Position numbers and translations under genes: made by a program. Source: Alphaproteobacteria bacterium (GTDB lineage Bacteria; Pseudomonadota; Alphaproteobacteria; SP197). From it: a stretch of DNA of 64,000 nucleotides. The stretch is taken from contig OZ219747.1 of the NCBI GenBank assembly GCA_964291265.2, forward strand, positions 2,976,001 to 3,040,000, read 5' to 3'. The notes under the pieces were generated by a model. That model made no database searches. It saw nothing but the letters and a program-made list of their open reading frames with translations, and was not told the origin of the DNA. Shown in pieces: positions 28,846 through 39,645 of the stretch. Position 1 is the stretch's first letter; the number at the start of each line of letters is the position of its first letter.

Positions 28846-30390
28846 ATGACGGCTCACCCTGTCGTCGAAAAGCCGGGCAAACGCCGCGGGCGGGCCGCGC
28901 GCAGGAAGGCTCGCAGCGAAAGGCCCGTCGCCTTCCTGCCGGAACTCGATCGCAGGATTCCGGTGATCGACCTGATGACGCCGGACCAGCTGGCGCGAAT
29001 TCACGACGCGACCATGTCGTTGCTCGAGACCAAGGGGATCGAATTCCGCGACGACGAATCGGCAGGCCTGTGGAGGGCCGCCGGGGCACGGGTCGACGGC
29101 TACCGGGTGCGTATCGATCGAAGCCACCTGATGGAGCTGATCGCAACGGTGCCCGAGACCTATACGATGGTGGGGCGCAACCGGGCACGTTCGGTCACCC
29201 TCGGTCGAATGAAGCAGGTCTTCACGCCAGCCTACGGATCGCCCAACGTTCTCGACCTCGATGGCCAACGTCGTTACGGGACCCTTGATGATTTCATCGC
29301 CTTCGCAAAGCTGGCGCACATGTCGCCGGCCATGCACCTCTCCGGCGGGGTCCTGTGCGAGCCGCTCGATATCCCGGTTCCGAAGCGCCATCTCCACATG
29401 GTCTACGGCCTCATCAAGCATTCGGACAAGCCCTTCATGGGCATGGTGACGGCCAGGGATCGGGCCGAGGACACCGTCGCTATGGCAAGGATCCTGTTCG
29501 GTGACGACTTCGTCGACAACAACACCGTGATGACGTCCATTGCCAACTGCAACTCGCCCCTGGTCTGGGACCAGACCATGCTCGATGCGGCCAAGGTCTA
29601 CGCCGCAGCCAATCAGGCGATGCTCTACACGCCTTTCGTCCTCGGCGGCGCCAGCACACCGGCAAGCACGGTGGGATCGCTGGTTCAGATCAACGCGGAA
29701 GCGCTGGCCGGAATCGCTTTCTCCCAACTGGTGCGCCGGGGCGCACCTGCCGTCTACGGCCAGTGGCTCGCGACGGTCTCGATGAAATCGGGCGCACCCA
29801 TGGCAGGAACGCCTGAGATCTGCCACATGAACATGCTGGTAGGTCAGATGGCCCGCCACTATCGCGTGCCCTGGCGCTGCAGCGGCGGCTGCTCAAGCGC
29901 CAAGATCGTCGACGCGCAGGCCGGTTACGAATCCGCACGCAACATGTATGGCGTGATGATGTCCGGTGCCAACTTCGTCCTTTCGACCGCAGGCTACATG
30001 GAGGGCGCCCTGACCCAGAGCTATGCCAAGTTCGTCCTCGATGCCGAACAGATGGAGATGTTCTACAGGCTCGGCCAGGGCGTTGATTTCGGTGAGCTCG
30101 ACGCCGCTCTCGAAACGATGAACGAGATCGAGCCGGGCGGGCACTATCTTGGCACCAGCCACACTCTCGAGAACTTCGAGAAAGCCTTCGTGATGCCCGA
30201 GTTGATGGACCATGACAGCTTCGAGCAATGGCGGGCGGGCGGAGCAGAGGATGCCAATGAACGGGCCATTTCACGGGCAAGACAGATGCTGGCCGACTAC
30301 GAACCACCGCCTCTCGACGAGACCATTGACGAGGCCCTGCGGGACTTCGTGGCCCGTCGTGAACGAGAATTGCCCGATCACGTGAGTTGA
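28846..30390 (+). CDS. Trimethylamine methyltransferase (MttB) family, non-pyrrolysine type
   Basis: RIHDATMSLLETKGIEF, EPLDIPVPKRHL, SDKPFMG, NCNSPLVWD, DAQAGYES; no in-frame TAG. Confidence 0.9.
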   Translation: MTAHPVVEKPGKRRGRAARRKARSERPVAFLPELDRRIPVIDLMTPDQLARIHDATMSLLETKGIEFRDDESAGLWRAAGARVDGYRVRIDRSHLMELIATVPETYTMVGRNRARSVTLGRMKQVFTPAYGSPNVLDLDGQRRYGTLDDFIAFAKLAHMSPAMHLSGGVLCEPLDIPVPKRHLHMVYGLIKHSDKPFMGMVTARDRAEDTVAMARILFGDDFVDNNTVMTSIANCNSPLVWDQTMLDAAKVYAAANQAMLYTPFVLGGASTPASTVGSLVQINAEALAGIAFSQLVRRGAPAVYGQWLATVSMKSGAPMAGTPEICHMNMLVGQMARHYRVPWRCSGGCSSAKIVDAQAGYESARNMYGVMMSGANFVLSTAGYMEGALTQSYAKFVLDAEQMEMFYRLGQGVDFGELDAALETMNEIEPGGHYLGTSHTLENFEKAFVMPELMDHDSFEQWRAGGAEDANERAISRARQMLADYEPPPLDETIDEALRDFVARRERELPDHVS

Positions 30391-30525
30391 CGTCAGGGAG
30401 GAAGGACGGGAGTCGCGTACGCCACGACGTGCCGGATGTCCGGTCGTGACCGATTGAACCGGAACAATGCCGCTCTCTCGTGTCCGGCATTCAGGGATGC
30501 CGGAAATCCAGGGGGTATCCGGGGA

Positions 30526-31773
30526 TCAGGCGGAGCGCAACGCGGTCCTGACTTCATGCATGGCCCGCCGTCCCGAGAGCCAGGCGCCATGGCACGTTGC
30601 ATGGAATTCCGGAATGGTGGCCTCGCCTGCGAAGAAGATGCGATCATCGATCGGCCTGGCGAGTTCCAGTCGCTGGTGCGCATGGCCCGGCGTGGCGGCG
30701 GAATAGGATCCCAGCGTCCACGGATCACCCTGCCAGGCCGTGACGATCACACGGTCCGTGAAGCGCCTGGCGATGGAAGAGCCCCAGGCCGCCTTGAGGT
30801 GTTCGGCAAGACACTCGACAGACGCCTCCTGACCTGAACGTTCGAGCCAGGAGCCGAATCGACCCCCCGTAACGCCAACGGCCCAGGACGTACCGTAGGG
30901 TCCAAGTTGCAAACCCATCGGTACCTCGCTGTTGGGAAGCAGCACTGTCATGTCCTCATCACGGCATTCTGCAGGGAGGTCCTTCAGCAGCATGGCAATC
31001 CGGTTGTGAACTCCGAGCGGCAACTCCCGTGCCGCCGTTTCCTTCCAGGCAGGAAGTCCGGGTTCGAATCTGATGCGCCCGGATGCCAGGACGTTGGTGG
31101 ATACCGTCACCAGGACGGCGCGGCCCCGCACCGTTCCCTTGGGCGTGGTGACGGCGACACCATCACCGGTCAGCGTGATCTTCGTCGCTTCGGCGTTGAG
31201 GGTCACCGGTATCGAGGCAGCCCAGGTGGCGACGAGGGCGCCGTAGCCATCGATGACCGGCCAGTCCTCGTCGGTATCGCGGTAGGCACTGACGTCATGC
31301 ACGCCGGTCTGATCCATGTCGCAGGAGGTTCCCAGAGAGAACCAGTAGGCGTCGTAGACCGCCCAGGGGCTCTCGAGATCGACAACATCGCTGACGGCCT
31401 TGTCATCTGCAGCAAGAACCTCGGAAAACGCCCTGTCTCTCGCTGCAAGATAGCTATCGAACTCCGCCAGGGCTTCGTCGTCGAGCCGTGTTCTCCGGTG
31501 ATGAATGGTGCGGTCCCACCCGCTCTCGCGGCGATAGGCGAAACCGTGACTCTCGGCGATGGCGACAAAGGGATTGAGACTCGCCGAGTGCATCCAGTGG
31601 CACCCGAGATCGAAGGGTTGCCCGGGCGCAATCTCTTCGGTCAGGGCTCGTCCGCCAATCCGGTGGGAGGCCTCCAGGAGCGTGAAACTCAGTCCCTGTT
31701 CCATGGCCACGCTGGCGGCCGACAACCCGGCCGAACCGGCACCGATGATGATGACGTCACAGTGGTCAGCCAT
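30526..31773 (-). CDS. Flavin monoamine oxidase family protein
   Basis: IIGAGSAGLSAA, EASHRIGGRA, DLGCHWMH, FFAGEAT, CHGAWLSG. Confidence 0.9.
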   Translation of the reverse strand: MADHCDVIIIGAGSAGLSAASVAMEQGLSFTLLEASHRIGGRALTEEIAPGQPFDLGCHWMHSASLNPFVAIAESHGFAYRRESGWDRTIHHRRTRLDDEALAEFDSYLAARDRAFSEVLAADDKAVSDVVDLESPWAVYDAYWFSLGTSCDMDQTGVHDVSAYRDTDEDWPVIDGYGALVATWAASIPVTLNAEATKITLTGDGVAVTTPKGTVRGRAVLVTVSTNVLASGRIRFEPGLPAWKETAARELPLGVHNRIAMLLKDLPAECRDEDMTVLLPNSEVPMGLQLGPYGTSWAVGVTGGRFGSWLERSGQEASVECLAEHLKAAWGSSIARRFTDRVIVTAWQGDPWTLGSYSAATPGHAHQRLELARPIDDRIFFAGEATIPEFHATCHGAWLSGRRAMHEVRTALRSA

Positions 31774-31878
31774 GGTGCGCGCAAGTTCCCTGTTGACGTC
31801 TCATCATGCACCCTACACACGTCATGATGGAAGTGCGCCGTTGCATGCCCGGACCTGGACTCCGGGGAGGGAGGGACG

Positions 31879-33408
31879 ATGAAGGAAGTGGTTCTGGGGC
31901 GCTGGGTCATTCCGGACGCTCAAGGCGATGTCATGGAGAACGGCGCTGTCGTCGTCGAGAACGGCCGCATTGCCGATGTCGGGCCGGCCGACGAACTGTG
32001 CGCGGAGCATGCCGACGCGATTGTCTCGAGGGGCCGGAAGTGCGCCATCATGCCCGGTCTCGTCAACGCTCATCACCACTCTTCCGCTGCCAGTCACGTG
32101 CAGCACGGCGCGCCTGACATGCTGCTGGAGAGCTGGCTCAAGGCGTTGGCGGTCATGCGCCCGTCGCCGACGCGCCTCGACATCCTTCTCTCGGCGACGC
32201 GCCAGCTGCAGGGTGGTGTGACCACGGTCGTTGATCTCGCCTCATTGTCAGGGTCCGCCGAGACCGTCATCAGCAAGTGCGGCGAGGCGCTTCGGGCCTA
32301 CGACACGGTGGGCATGCGCTGTGCCTTCGGTCCCGGAATCGGTGATCAGAACTTCCTGGGTGTCGGTCCCGGTGACTGCGACGAGCGCTTTCTCGCGAGC
32401 CTGCCTTGCGACCTCGGCGAACGGCTGCGTTCGGAATACATGCCAGGGGCCGACCTGATGACGGCGGCAGACTACATAGGCGTCATGGAGGATCTGATCG
32501 GCGCCTGGGATGCCCACGACCGTATTGACGTCTGGTTCGGACCACCCGGCCCGCCATGGGTGAGCGACCCGTTCCTTGAACTCATCGGCGACGCGGCATC
32601 AAGAATGGACATCAACATTCAGACTCATCTCTCCGAATCATACTATGAAAATCTTCAGGGTCCGATGTTTCATGGCGCACCGATGCTGGTCCATCTCGAC
32701 CGACTTGGCCTGACCGGACCACGGCTGTCGCTGGCCCATGGTGTGTGGATGACCGAAGAGGAGATTGCCATCATGGCCGAGACCGGAACGGCGGTCTCGC
32801 ACAACCCTTCGAGCAATCTCAGGCTGCGGGCCGGCATCGCCCCGCTGAACGCCTTTCTCGAAGCCGGTGTCGTCACGGCTCTGGGCATGGATTCGACCAC
32901 CATCAATGATGACGAGGACATGTTCGCCGAAATGCGTCTCGCCCTGCGCCTTGCCCGTTCGCCCACATACCACGAGGCCGCGCCTTCGCCCGCAGACCTC
33001 CTCGGTTGCGCCACCGGAGGCGGGGCGACGCTGATGCGCAAGGACGATCAGATCGGACGCCTTGCTCCGGGCTTTGCCGCTGACCTTCTTGTGATCGACA
33101 TGGATGCGGCCACGACGCCCTGGGTGGCGCCTGAAATCTCGCCACGGGAACTGGCGCTCATGAGAGTGCGGGGCACGGATGTGCGTGATGTGATGGTTGC
33201 CGGAGAGTGGGTGCTCAAGGACCGACTGCCAACCCGTTTCGATCTCGCCGACGCGATACACGAACTCCACGAGGTCATGGCGGCAACACCGTTTCCCACG
33301 GCATCCCATGCCCTTGCGCTGGAAACCTTGCCGCATGTCGAGGCCTGGTATGGATCGTGGGACCATCCTCCACGCCAGCCCTATACGGCGATGAACAGCC
33401 GCACATGA
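31879..33408 (+). CDS. Metal-dependent amidohydrolase (AtzA/TrzA/deaminase-like)
   Basis: MPGLVNAHHH, THLSE, LAHGVW, SHNPSSNLRL, ALGMD. Confidence 0.88.
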   Translation: MKEVVLGRWVIPDAQGDVMENGAVVVENGRIADVGPADELCAEHADAIVSRGRKCAIMPGLVNAHHHSSAASHVQHGAPDMLLESWLKALAVMRPSPTRLDILLSATRQLQGGVTTVVDLASLSGSAETVISKCGEALRAYDTVGMRCAFGPGIGDQNFLGVGPGDCDERFLASLPCDLGERLRSEYMPGADLMTAADYIGVMEDLIGAWDAHDRIDVWFGPPGPPWVSDPFLELIGDAASRMDINIQTHLSESYYENLQGPMFHGAPMLVHLDRLGLTGPRLSLAHGVWMTEEEIAIMAETGTAVSHNPSSNLRLRAGIAPLNAFLEAGVVTALGMDSTTINDDEDMFAEMRLALRLARSPTYHEAAPSPADLLGCATGGGATLMRKDDQIGRLAPGFAADLLVIDMDAATTPWVAPEISPRELALMRVRGTDVRDVMVAGEWVLKDRLPTRFDLADAIHELHEVMAATPFPTASHALALETLPHVEAWYGSWDHPPRQPYTAMNSRT

Positions 33409-33415
33409 TGCATCA

Positions 33416-34585
33416 TCAACCAAGGCGGCCCTCGAGCGCGTCGAGGAAAAGCCGGCGGAATGTGTCATCGGTGAGGGGCCTGGGGTTGGTGGCGGCGGTA
33501 GGGTCCGAGAGCCCCTGACGCACAACCTCGCCGACATCGCGGTCGTCGACCCCGATCTCGCCCAGCGTATGTTCGATGCCGATGGTCCGGCGCATGTCGA
33601 GGACCCAGTCCATCACGGCATCGACTCCACTGTCCCCGAGGCCAAGCCAGCGCGACAGGTTCCGGTATCGTGCGTCCACGGCCCCCCTGTTGAAGGCAAT
33701 GACGTAGGGCATGACGATGGCGTTGGTCCGGCCGTGATGGGTATCGAAGAGAGCGCCGACAGGATGTGAAAGGGAGTGAATGGCGCCGAGTCCCTTCTGG
33801 AAGGCGGTGGCTCCCATGGTGGCAGCCACCAGCATGTTTCCCCGGGCTTCGAGGTTGGCGCCGTCATCGACCGCGACAGGCAACCACTCCTTGATCAGAC
33901 GCATGCCCTCGAGGGCGACCCCATCGGCCATGGGATGGTAGCCGGGCGCGCTGAAGGCCTCGAGGCAGTGGGCCAGCGCGTCCATGCCGGTCCACGCGGT
34001 GATCGAGTGTGGCAACCCGACACTGAGCCGGGGGTCCTCGATGACGATGCTCGGCAGCATTCGGGGATGGAACAGGATCTTCTTGATGCGTTCGGCCTCG
34101 TCGATGATGACGGATGCACGCCCCACCTCGGATCCCGTTCCGGCGGTGGTGGGAATGGCGATGACCGGCAAGATGGCGTCATGGTTGGCGCGTGTCCAGT
34201 TGTCGCCCCTGTCTTCGAACGTGAACATGTCAAGCGTCTGTCCGGCCATGAAGGCGATGGTCTTGCCGGCATCCATGGCGCTGCCTCCGCCAAGGGCGAT
34301 GACGCCGTCATGGTCTCCCGAACGCAGTTGCCCCATTCCCCTGATGATATCGGATCCGGACGGGTTGGGACTGATACCGCAGAAGAGATTCGCCTGGAGT
34401 CCTGTCGCGCGGATATCGCCAAGGGCCCGGTTGACCATGTCGAGGCCGGCAAGTCCCGGATCCGTCACGAGGAGGGGCCGCGCCATTCCCAGTACGCGGC
34501 AGGCGTCAGCGAGTTCCGCGATTCGCCCGGGGCCGAAACGGATTTCCGTGGGCCAGGTCCAGGTGACGTTTTCGGGCACGGTCAT
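33416..34585 (-). CDS. Iron-containing alcohol dehydrogenase
   Basis: GGGSAMDAGK, PTTAGTGSE, GMDALAHCLE, GAIHSLSH, HHG; start approximate. Confidence 0.9.
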   Translation of the reverse strand: MTVPENVTWTWPTEIRFGPGRIAELADACRVLGMARPLLVTDPGLAGLDMVNRALGDIRATGLQANLFCGISPNPSGSDIIRGMGQLRSGDHDGVIALGGGSAMDAGKTIAFMAGQTLDMFTFEDRGDNWTRANHDAILPVIAIPTTAGTGSEVGRASVIIDEAERIKKILFHPRMLPSIVIEDPRLSVGLPHSITAWTGMDALAHCLEAFSAPGYHPMADGVALEGMRLIKEWLPVAVDDGANLEARGNMLVAATMGATAFQKGLGAIHSLSHPVGALFDTHHGRTNAIVMPYVIAFNRGAVDARYRNLSRWLGLGDSGVDAVMDWVLDMRRTIGIEHTLGEIGVDDRDVGEVVRQGLSDPTAATNPRPLTDDTFRRLFLDALEGRLG

Positions 34586-34680
34586 GGCATTGTCGATCCG
34601 GTTGCTGGACGACATGGTTTGCCTTGCCATGGCGGGGGATGCAAGATGGACTCACTGATCATTGCGTCCACGGTCCTGGA

Positions 34681-35577
34681 GTGGAACCGCTTCCCGTCAT
34701 CTTCGATTGTGATCCCGGCAAGGACGACGCCCTGGCGCTCTTCGTCGCCCTGGCCCTGCCGCAGGTCATCGATGTTCTCGGCATCACCACCGTCGCCGGA
34801 AACGTGCCGGTCGAACACACCAGCCGCAACGCGCGACGCATTGTGGAAGCCGCAGGACGCCACGACATTCCGGTCTACCCTGGTTGTGCCCGGCCCCTCC
34901 TGCGGCAGGCCGTGACGGCGGTCGATGTCCACGGCGCCGACGGACTGGGGGGATCGGGGCTCCCCGACGCGCAGTATCCAGTCGAGGATTTTCATGCCGT
35001 GGAGGCTCTTGCGGGTTTTCTGGAGGAAGCCTCGACACCCCTCACGATCGCGGCGATCGGTCCCCTGACCAACATTGCCCTGCTGATGTCCCTGAGGCCG
35101 GATCTGGTGCCGGCGATCGGACAACTCGTGGTCATGGGAGGCGCCCGCAAAGGCGGCAATGTCACGAGGAACGCTGAGTTCAACGCCTTTGCCGATCCCC
35201 ATGCCGCCCGGATCGTGCTCGCGGGTCAGGTGCCGGCGACCATCGTTCCCCTGGATGTGACCCGCCGAATCCTGCCGCCTCAGGACTGGTTCGACGACAT
35301 GGAAGGCTGCGGGGAACCGGGCAGGGCCGTTGCTGCCATGTGGCGGGAATCACCGGTGGCGCTTCACGATGTCGCGGTGACGGGGTTTCTGGCCTGGCCT
35401 GAACTCTATTCGCTCGAGGCATGCTCGGTGGACGTGGTCTGGAACGACACCGACAACCTCGGGCGCACTGTGTTCAGCAGGGAAGATGGACCACTCAGCG
35501 TCGTGAGGCGTGTCGATCAGCGGCTCCTTGCCAACAGGGTGGCAGAGGCGATGGGGACCTGCGCCACAACACCGTGA
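34681..35577 (+). CDS. Inosine/uridine-preferring nucleoside hydrolase
   Basis: DCDPGKDDA, VAGN, GPLTN, AEFNAFADP, LHD; start approximate. Confidence 0.88.
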   Translation: MEPLPVIFDCDPGKDDALALFVALALPQVIDVLGITTVAGNVPVEHTSRNARRIVEAAGRHDIPVYPGCARPLLRQAVTAVDVHGADGLGGSGLPDAQYPVEDFHAVEALAGFLEEASTPLTIAAIGPLTNIALLMSLRPDLVPAIGQLVVMGGARKGGNVTRNAEFNAFADPHAARIVLAGQVPATIVPLDVTRRILPPQDWFDDMEGCGEPGRAVAAMWRESPVALHDVAVTGFLAWPELYSLEACSVDVVWNDTDNLGRTVFSREDGPLSVVRRVDQRLLANRVAEAMGTCATTP

Positions 35578-35583
35578 GGTGCC

Positions 35584-36558
35584 TCAAGCGACCCTGTCGG
35601 GTGGCTCTTCGCCGGCAAAGAAGGCATCAAGATTGTCGAGCGCGCGAAAACCCATCGCATCCCGGGTCGGCATGGTGGCGCTGCCGAGATGCGGCAGGAG
35701 AAAGACATTGTCGAGGTCGCGGTAGCCCTGGTGGATATCCGGTTCCCCATCGAACACGTCGAGGCCTGCGGAAAAGAGCTTGCCGCGGGAGAGAGCGGCA
35801 ATCAGGGCGTCGTCGTCAACGACATTGCCGCGTGCCGTATTGACGACAATGGCGCCATCGGGCAGCCGCCGCAGGCTCTCCTCGTTGATGATGCGCAGGG
35901 TCTCTGGTGTTGATGGACAGTGGATCGACAGGATGTCACTGACGGACAGCAGGCTCTCGAGACTGTCGTGAAAGCGGGCACCCGCTTCCAGTTCGTCCGT
36001 CAGCCGCGAGCGGTTGTGGTAGTGCACCTCCATGCCGAATCCGACCACTCGTCTGGCCAGCGCCTGTCCGATGCGGCCCATGCCGAGAATGCCCAGCCTG
36101 GCGCCGGTCACGTGGACGCCCCGCATGGCAGTTGGCGCCCAGGCGCCCCATGTCTTCTCGTAGATCATCCTCTGGCCTTCGTGTGCACGTCGTGCGGCGC
36201 CGAGAATCAGAAGCACGGCGATGTCGGCGGTGGCATCGGTGAGAACGTCCGGTGTATTGGTGACGATGATTCCGCGCTCGGCCGCAGCGTCGATGTCGAT
36301 GTGTTCATGACCGACGGAGAACGAGGCGATGACCTTGACGCTGTCAGCGAGACGGTGGATGACATCCGACGTGATCCTGTCCGTAGGACAGGGAACGAGG
36401 GCGTCGACCTCGCGACATCCCTCGACCACCTCGTCAGCCGTCGGCAGCTGATCGTCGGCGTTGAGAATGGGCTGATAGTCGCGCCTCAGGCGATCCTCGA
36501 CCGCAGAAGGGAGTCGCCTAGTGACAAAGACCGAGGGGCGGGTGTCTGTGCTTGACAT
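35584..36558 (-). CDS. D-2-hydroxyacid dehydrogenase (glyoxylate/hydroxypyruvate reductase)
   Basis: VTNTPDVLTDATAD, GILGMGRIG, NTARG, GLDVFDGEP, PHLGSAT. Confidence 0.9.
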   Translation of the reverse strand: MSSTDTRPSVFVTRRLPSAVEDRLRRDYQPILNADDQLPTADEVVEGCREVDALVPCPTDRITSDVIHRLADSVKVIASFSVGHEHIDIDAAAERGIIVTNTPDVLTDATADIAVLLILGAARRAHEGQRMIYEKTWGAWAPTAMRGVHVTGARLGILGMGRIGQALARRVVGFGMEVHYHNRSRLTDELEAGARFHDSLESLLSVSDILSIHCPSTPETLRIINEESLRRLPDGAIVVNTARGNVVDDDALIAALSRGKLFSAGLDVFDGEPDIHQGYRDLDNVFLLPHLGSATMPTRDAMGFRALDNLDAFFAGEEPPDRVA

Positions 36559-36607
36559 GGTTGTTGCTGGCTTTCAAATACGTTGGAGGCCGAAAGACAC
36601 GTCCATA

Positions 36608-37375
36608 ATGAAATCCCGGGCCAATCGCAAAACATTCGTCATCCTGCTGTTGCTGGTCTCGGCAACGGGTGGAGCACATGCGCTTGACATGCTGTCCCAT
36701 CGGGCCTCCTACCATGCCAGCGTGCGATTTCTGCAGGGTGACCCGACGACCAGTACAGGGGAGGGATTCGTCGAGTGGAGAACCGAGGATCACTGCGAAA
36801 CGTGGCTGTTCACCGAAGTGTCCCTGATCCGAATCGGCAGCGGAGACCAGGCTCCCGAATTTGCCAACAATCAAGTGAGCTTCGAAGCCAAGGATGGGAC
36901 TTGGTACCGCTACCAGAACGAATTCGATGGTCCGGGCGGAACAGAACTCTCATCCGGCGAGGCTGTGGTGAACGAAGCGGGCGAGCCGGGACGAATCGTG
37001 GTCGAGGAACCCGAAGCGCTTACCGGAGACCTGCCCGCAGGCGCCGTGTTTCCGATGCGCTTCACCATCGATATTCTCAAGCGCGCCGTAACGGGCGAGA
37101 GGTTCATGAACCATGTCGTCTTTGATGGAATGGACGGAACCGCGGCGAGCGAGTACACGACCTTTGTCCAGTCGGTCGAGGAAAGCGATGGACATGCGAT
37201 CTGGACCATGAAGGTCTCGACCTTCAAGGATCCGGAAGAAGTCGGGCCGAACATGGAGATGACAGCCAGCATTCGGGATGATGGCGTGATCGATGCCATC
37301 CGCTACGAAGACGAGACGACGGTCACGACCCTGACGCTCCACGAACTGGCCGAACTCCCCCCTGCTGACTGTTGA
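36608..37375 (+). CDS. EipB/DUF1849-like exported protein
   Basis: Signal peptide ending AHA, HRASY, SFEAKDG, LPAGAVFP, VFDG. Confidence 0.65.
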   Translation: MKSRANRKTFVILLLLVSATGGAHALDMLSHRASYHASVRFLQGDPTTSTGEGFVEWRTEDHCETWLFTEVSLIRIGSGDQAPEFANNQVSFEAKDGTWYRYQNEFDGPGGTELSSGEAVVNEAGEPGRIVVEEPEALTGDLPAGAVFPMRFTIDILKRAVTGERFMNHVVFDGMDGTAASEYTTFVQSVEESDGHAIWTMKVSTFKDPEEVGPNMEMTASIRDDGVIDAIRYEDETTVTTLTLHELAELPPADC

Positions 37376-37619
37376 TCGCCGGGCGGACGCTCCCTGAACC
37401 GGCGGCGGAGATGGAAAGCCGCTCGAGCCAGTCGTCGTCGCAGGACGTTACCCTGTCACGACAAGATGATGGTCGAAGTCGAAGGAACTTCCAAGAAATC
37501 GGGAGCAGCGACGTTCCCAGGCACCGCCCCGGTGGTCGTCTTCCAGGCACCGCAGCGGTTCGCTTGACATCCCCGTTCTTTCAGAATGACGAGATCAACG
37601 GCGGACCGCCGCCAGCTTA

Positions 37620-38154
37620 GCACAGGGCGTGCCGTCGACGCAGTCATGGGGAATGGGCATTGCGATCCTCATCGAACGGGCCGAGTGTCTCCTCGAAGTT
37701 GTCCATGACAGGCATGTGCTGACTGTCCGGGCTTGCCAGGGACGGCAGGTAACCCGGCAACCAGAAGTCCAGCCATCAGGAGATTGACGTCGAGGACGAC
37801 GATCCTGTCACGCGTCACCCGTCGCATCTCCTGCAGCCCCTGCGAACGTCATCCCAGTGGTGAACGGCGAGGACTGCCATCGACGGATCGAAAGCCCGGT
37901 CTCCGAACGGCAGGGCTTCCGCGCGAGCCTGAACGATGATCGCTGCGTCCACTGGCCCTTGTCGGACCATGGCTGCTGACGGCTCCACGGCAGTCGCCGG
38001 GAGATCCGCCGGTTCGCAAGAGCCGGTGACTGCACCCACCTTCAAGATCGTGAATGCTTCGGCAAGATGGACATGGATCGATGCGGCAATTCTCGGGTCC
38101 GGCCGGCGCAGGGCGGCGATAGCCGGCTCCGATCGTGTGGCAGGGCGCGGTCAC
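37620..38154 (-). pseudogene. Class I SAM-dependent methyltransferase, frameshifted
   Basis: Fragments HTIGAGY, VGAVTGSCEP..TAVEPSAAM, AEALPFGDRAFDPSMAVLAVHHW in different frames. Confidence 0.7.
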
Positions 38155-38198
38155 GGAGGAGCCCGCCCCGCCTCACCAATCAGTCATGAACGTCGGCG

Positions 38199-38527
38199 GT
38201 GGATACTGAACATCAACAGACTGTCTATCGGCTTCATTCCGGATCCTCGGGAGAAGGCACGCAGGCTGGTTGCTCTCGCGGGCGCCTGCCCTTTCGTCTG
38301 GAACGCCATGTTCGACCGGCAGGATCGGCTTGTTGCAGAGGCGAGACCGGCGGACGCCGTCTCGCGTCGGTCGCATGGCAACCTCACATGCGTGGCCTGC
38401 GGCCATGCGAGCCGCGGCATCAGGTGTCGGGAACCGGTGCATCTGCGCGGGAAGGAGCGTTGCCGTCGGGCACTGCGATGATCCGTGAAACGGATCGCAG
38501 AGTGGTGGCATGAGTCTTTCGGTCAAC
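38199..38527 (+). mobile_element. Internally deleted TnpB (IS605/IS1341-like) element
   Basis: VYRLH...LAGACPFVWNAM joined directly to TCVACGH (Zn ribbon); noncoding tail ends TCAAC at 38523-38527. Confidence 0.6.
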
Positions 38528-38557
38528 CGTACAGGCCGCCTTGCAGGAGATGACGAT

Positions 38558-39205
38558 TCACGAAGGTGTCATGCCAAGGCATGCCTCGATGTAGGAACTG
38601 ATGCCGGGCCAGTCACAGGCGTGGTGATGGCAGTTCGCTGCGGGTCCAAGGAGGCCGGCCAACCGCCGGTTGGCCACATAGTGGATGCGTATGACGTCCC
38701 CGGTGAGGTCGGCGACATCCTGGTGGTGTGCGGGAATGTCGTCGACGAAGAAAACAGGCTCGCGTGTCAGTGAGGCAAGCTGTGCGACGGCCGGTGCCTT
38801 GGAGCCGCGGTTGGTGATGACAGGGTAGGGCATGCCCTGACTCCTGAGAGCATGCGCCCTTGCTTCGCGGAACTCCGACCAGATATTGCTGAGAACAACG
38901 ATCTGCAGGTGGCGGCCCAGGTGCTGCAGGGACTCCGCTGCCCCGTCAACGGCAACAATGGTTCGTGTGTGGCTCTCGAAAAAGGAATAGATGAGTGATC
39001 TGACGGTGGCCGCATCCACAGCCTTGCCCGTATGATCGTCGATGATGTTGCCGTTGAGCCGGAAGGAGGCCCACGAGAAACTCAGACCGCGGCCGTGCAG
39101 AAAACCCTCGAAGCCTTCCATGAAGGCAAAGAGCACCTCGTCGGCGTCACTGATGAGAAGAGGGCGACCGGGATCGATGCCGAGATCGTTCAGTCCATGC
39201 TGCAT
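38558..39205 (-). CDS. HAD-superfamily-like conserved protein
   Basis: LLISDADEVL, VVLSN, K, FFVDD motifs. Confidence 0.7.
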   Translation of the reverse strand: MQHGLNDLGIDPGRPLLISDADEVLFAFMEGFEGFLHGRGLSFSWASFRLNGNIIDDHTGKAVDAATVRSLIYSFFESHTRTIVAVDGAAESLQHLGRHLQIVVLSNIWSEFREARAHALRSQGMPYPVITNRGSKAPAVAQLASLTREPVFFVDDIPAHHQDVADLTGDVIRIHYVANRRLAGLLGPAANCHHHACDWPGISSYIEACLGMTPS

Positions 39206-39229
39206 CCGCGTCAAGAAGCAGTACCGGGC

Positions 39230-39397
39230 CTACTTCAGCCTGGCTTCCTTGAACACCACATGCTTGCGTGCCACGGGGTCGTACTTGCGGAATGAGAGTT
39301 TCTCCGTCTGCGTGCGCGGGTTCTTCTTGGTCACATAGTAGTAGCCTGTGTCCGCTGTGCTCTCGAGCTTGACAAGAATGGTCGTCGGCTTGGCCAT
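39230..39397 (-). CDS. rpmG: 50S ribosomal protein L33 (Cys-free type)
   Basis: Manual translation [55 protein letters not shown]. Confidence 0.97.
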   Translation of the reverse strand: MAKPTTILVKLESTADTGYYYVTKKNPRTQTEKLSFRKYDPVARKHVVFKEARLK

Positions 39398-39425
39398 GGT
39401 TCACCCGCTCCGGCAAGTCGACGGG

Positions 39426-39455
39426 ACACTAGAGAAAATCCGGCCGACATGTCAA
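39426..39455 (-). promoter_or_regulatory. Putative sigma70 promoter of rpmG
   Basis: TTGACA-N18-TAGTGT on the minus strand, ~30 bp upstream of the ATG. Confidence 0.5.
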
Positions 39456-39645
39456 GGTTCCGAATGTCCCGTCAGCGTGAGCCGCTGAGCGATGGCAACA
39501 ACGGCAGAACGTGCTTGGTCAGCCACCGCAAGACAGGCGGTGGTCACATGTTCCCGTCACGGGGAAGCGGTTCAACCCGTTGGCCTTGTCCCTGCATGAT
39601 GTCCATCGGCGGGGGCACGGCGGCGGTCGACCGGAAGTGGACTGA

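Noticed and set aside
30480-30530. Hairpin tccggcat...atgccgga between convergent genes (REP or terminator)
   Set aside because: Single short GC stem without U-tract or second copy; cannot be assigned
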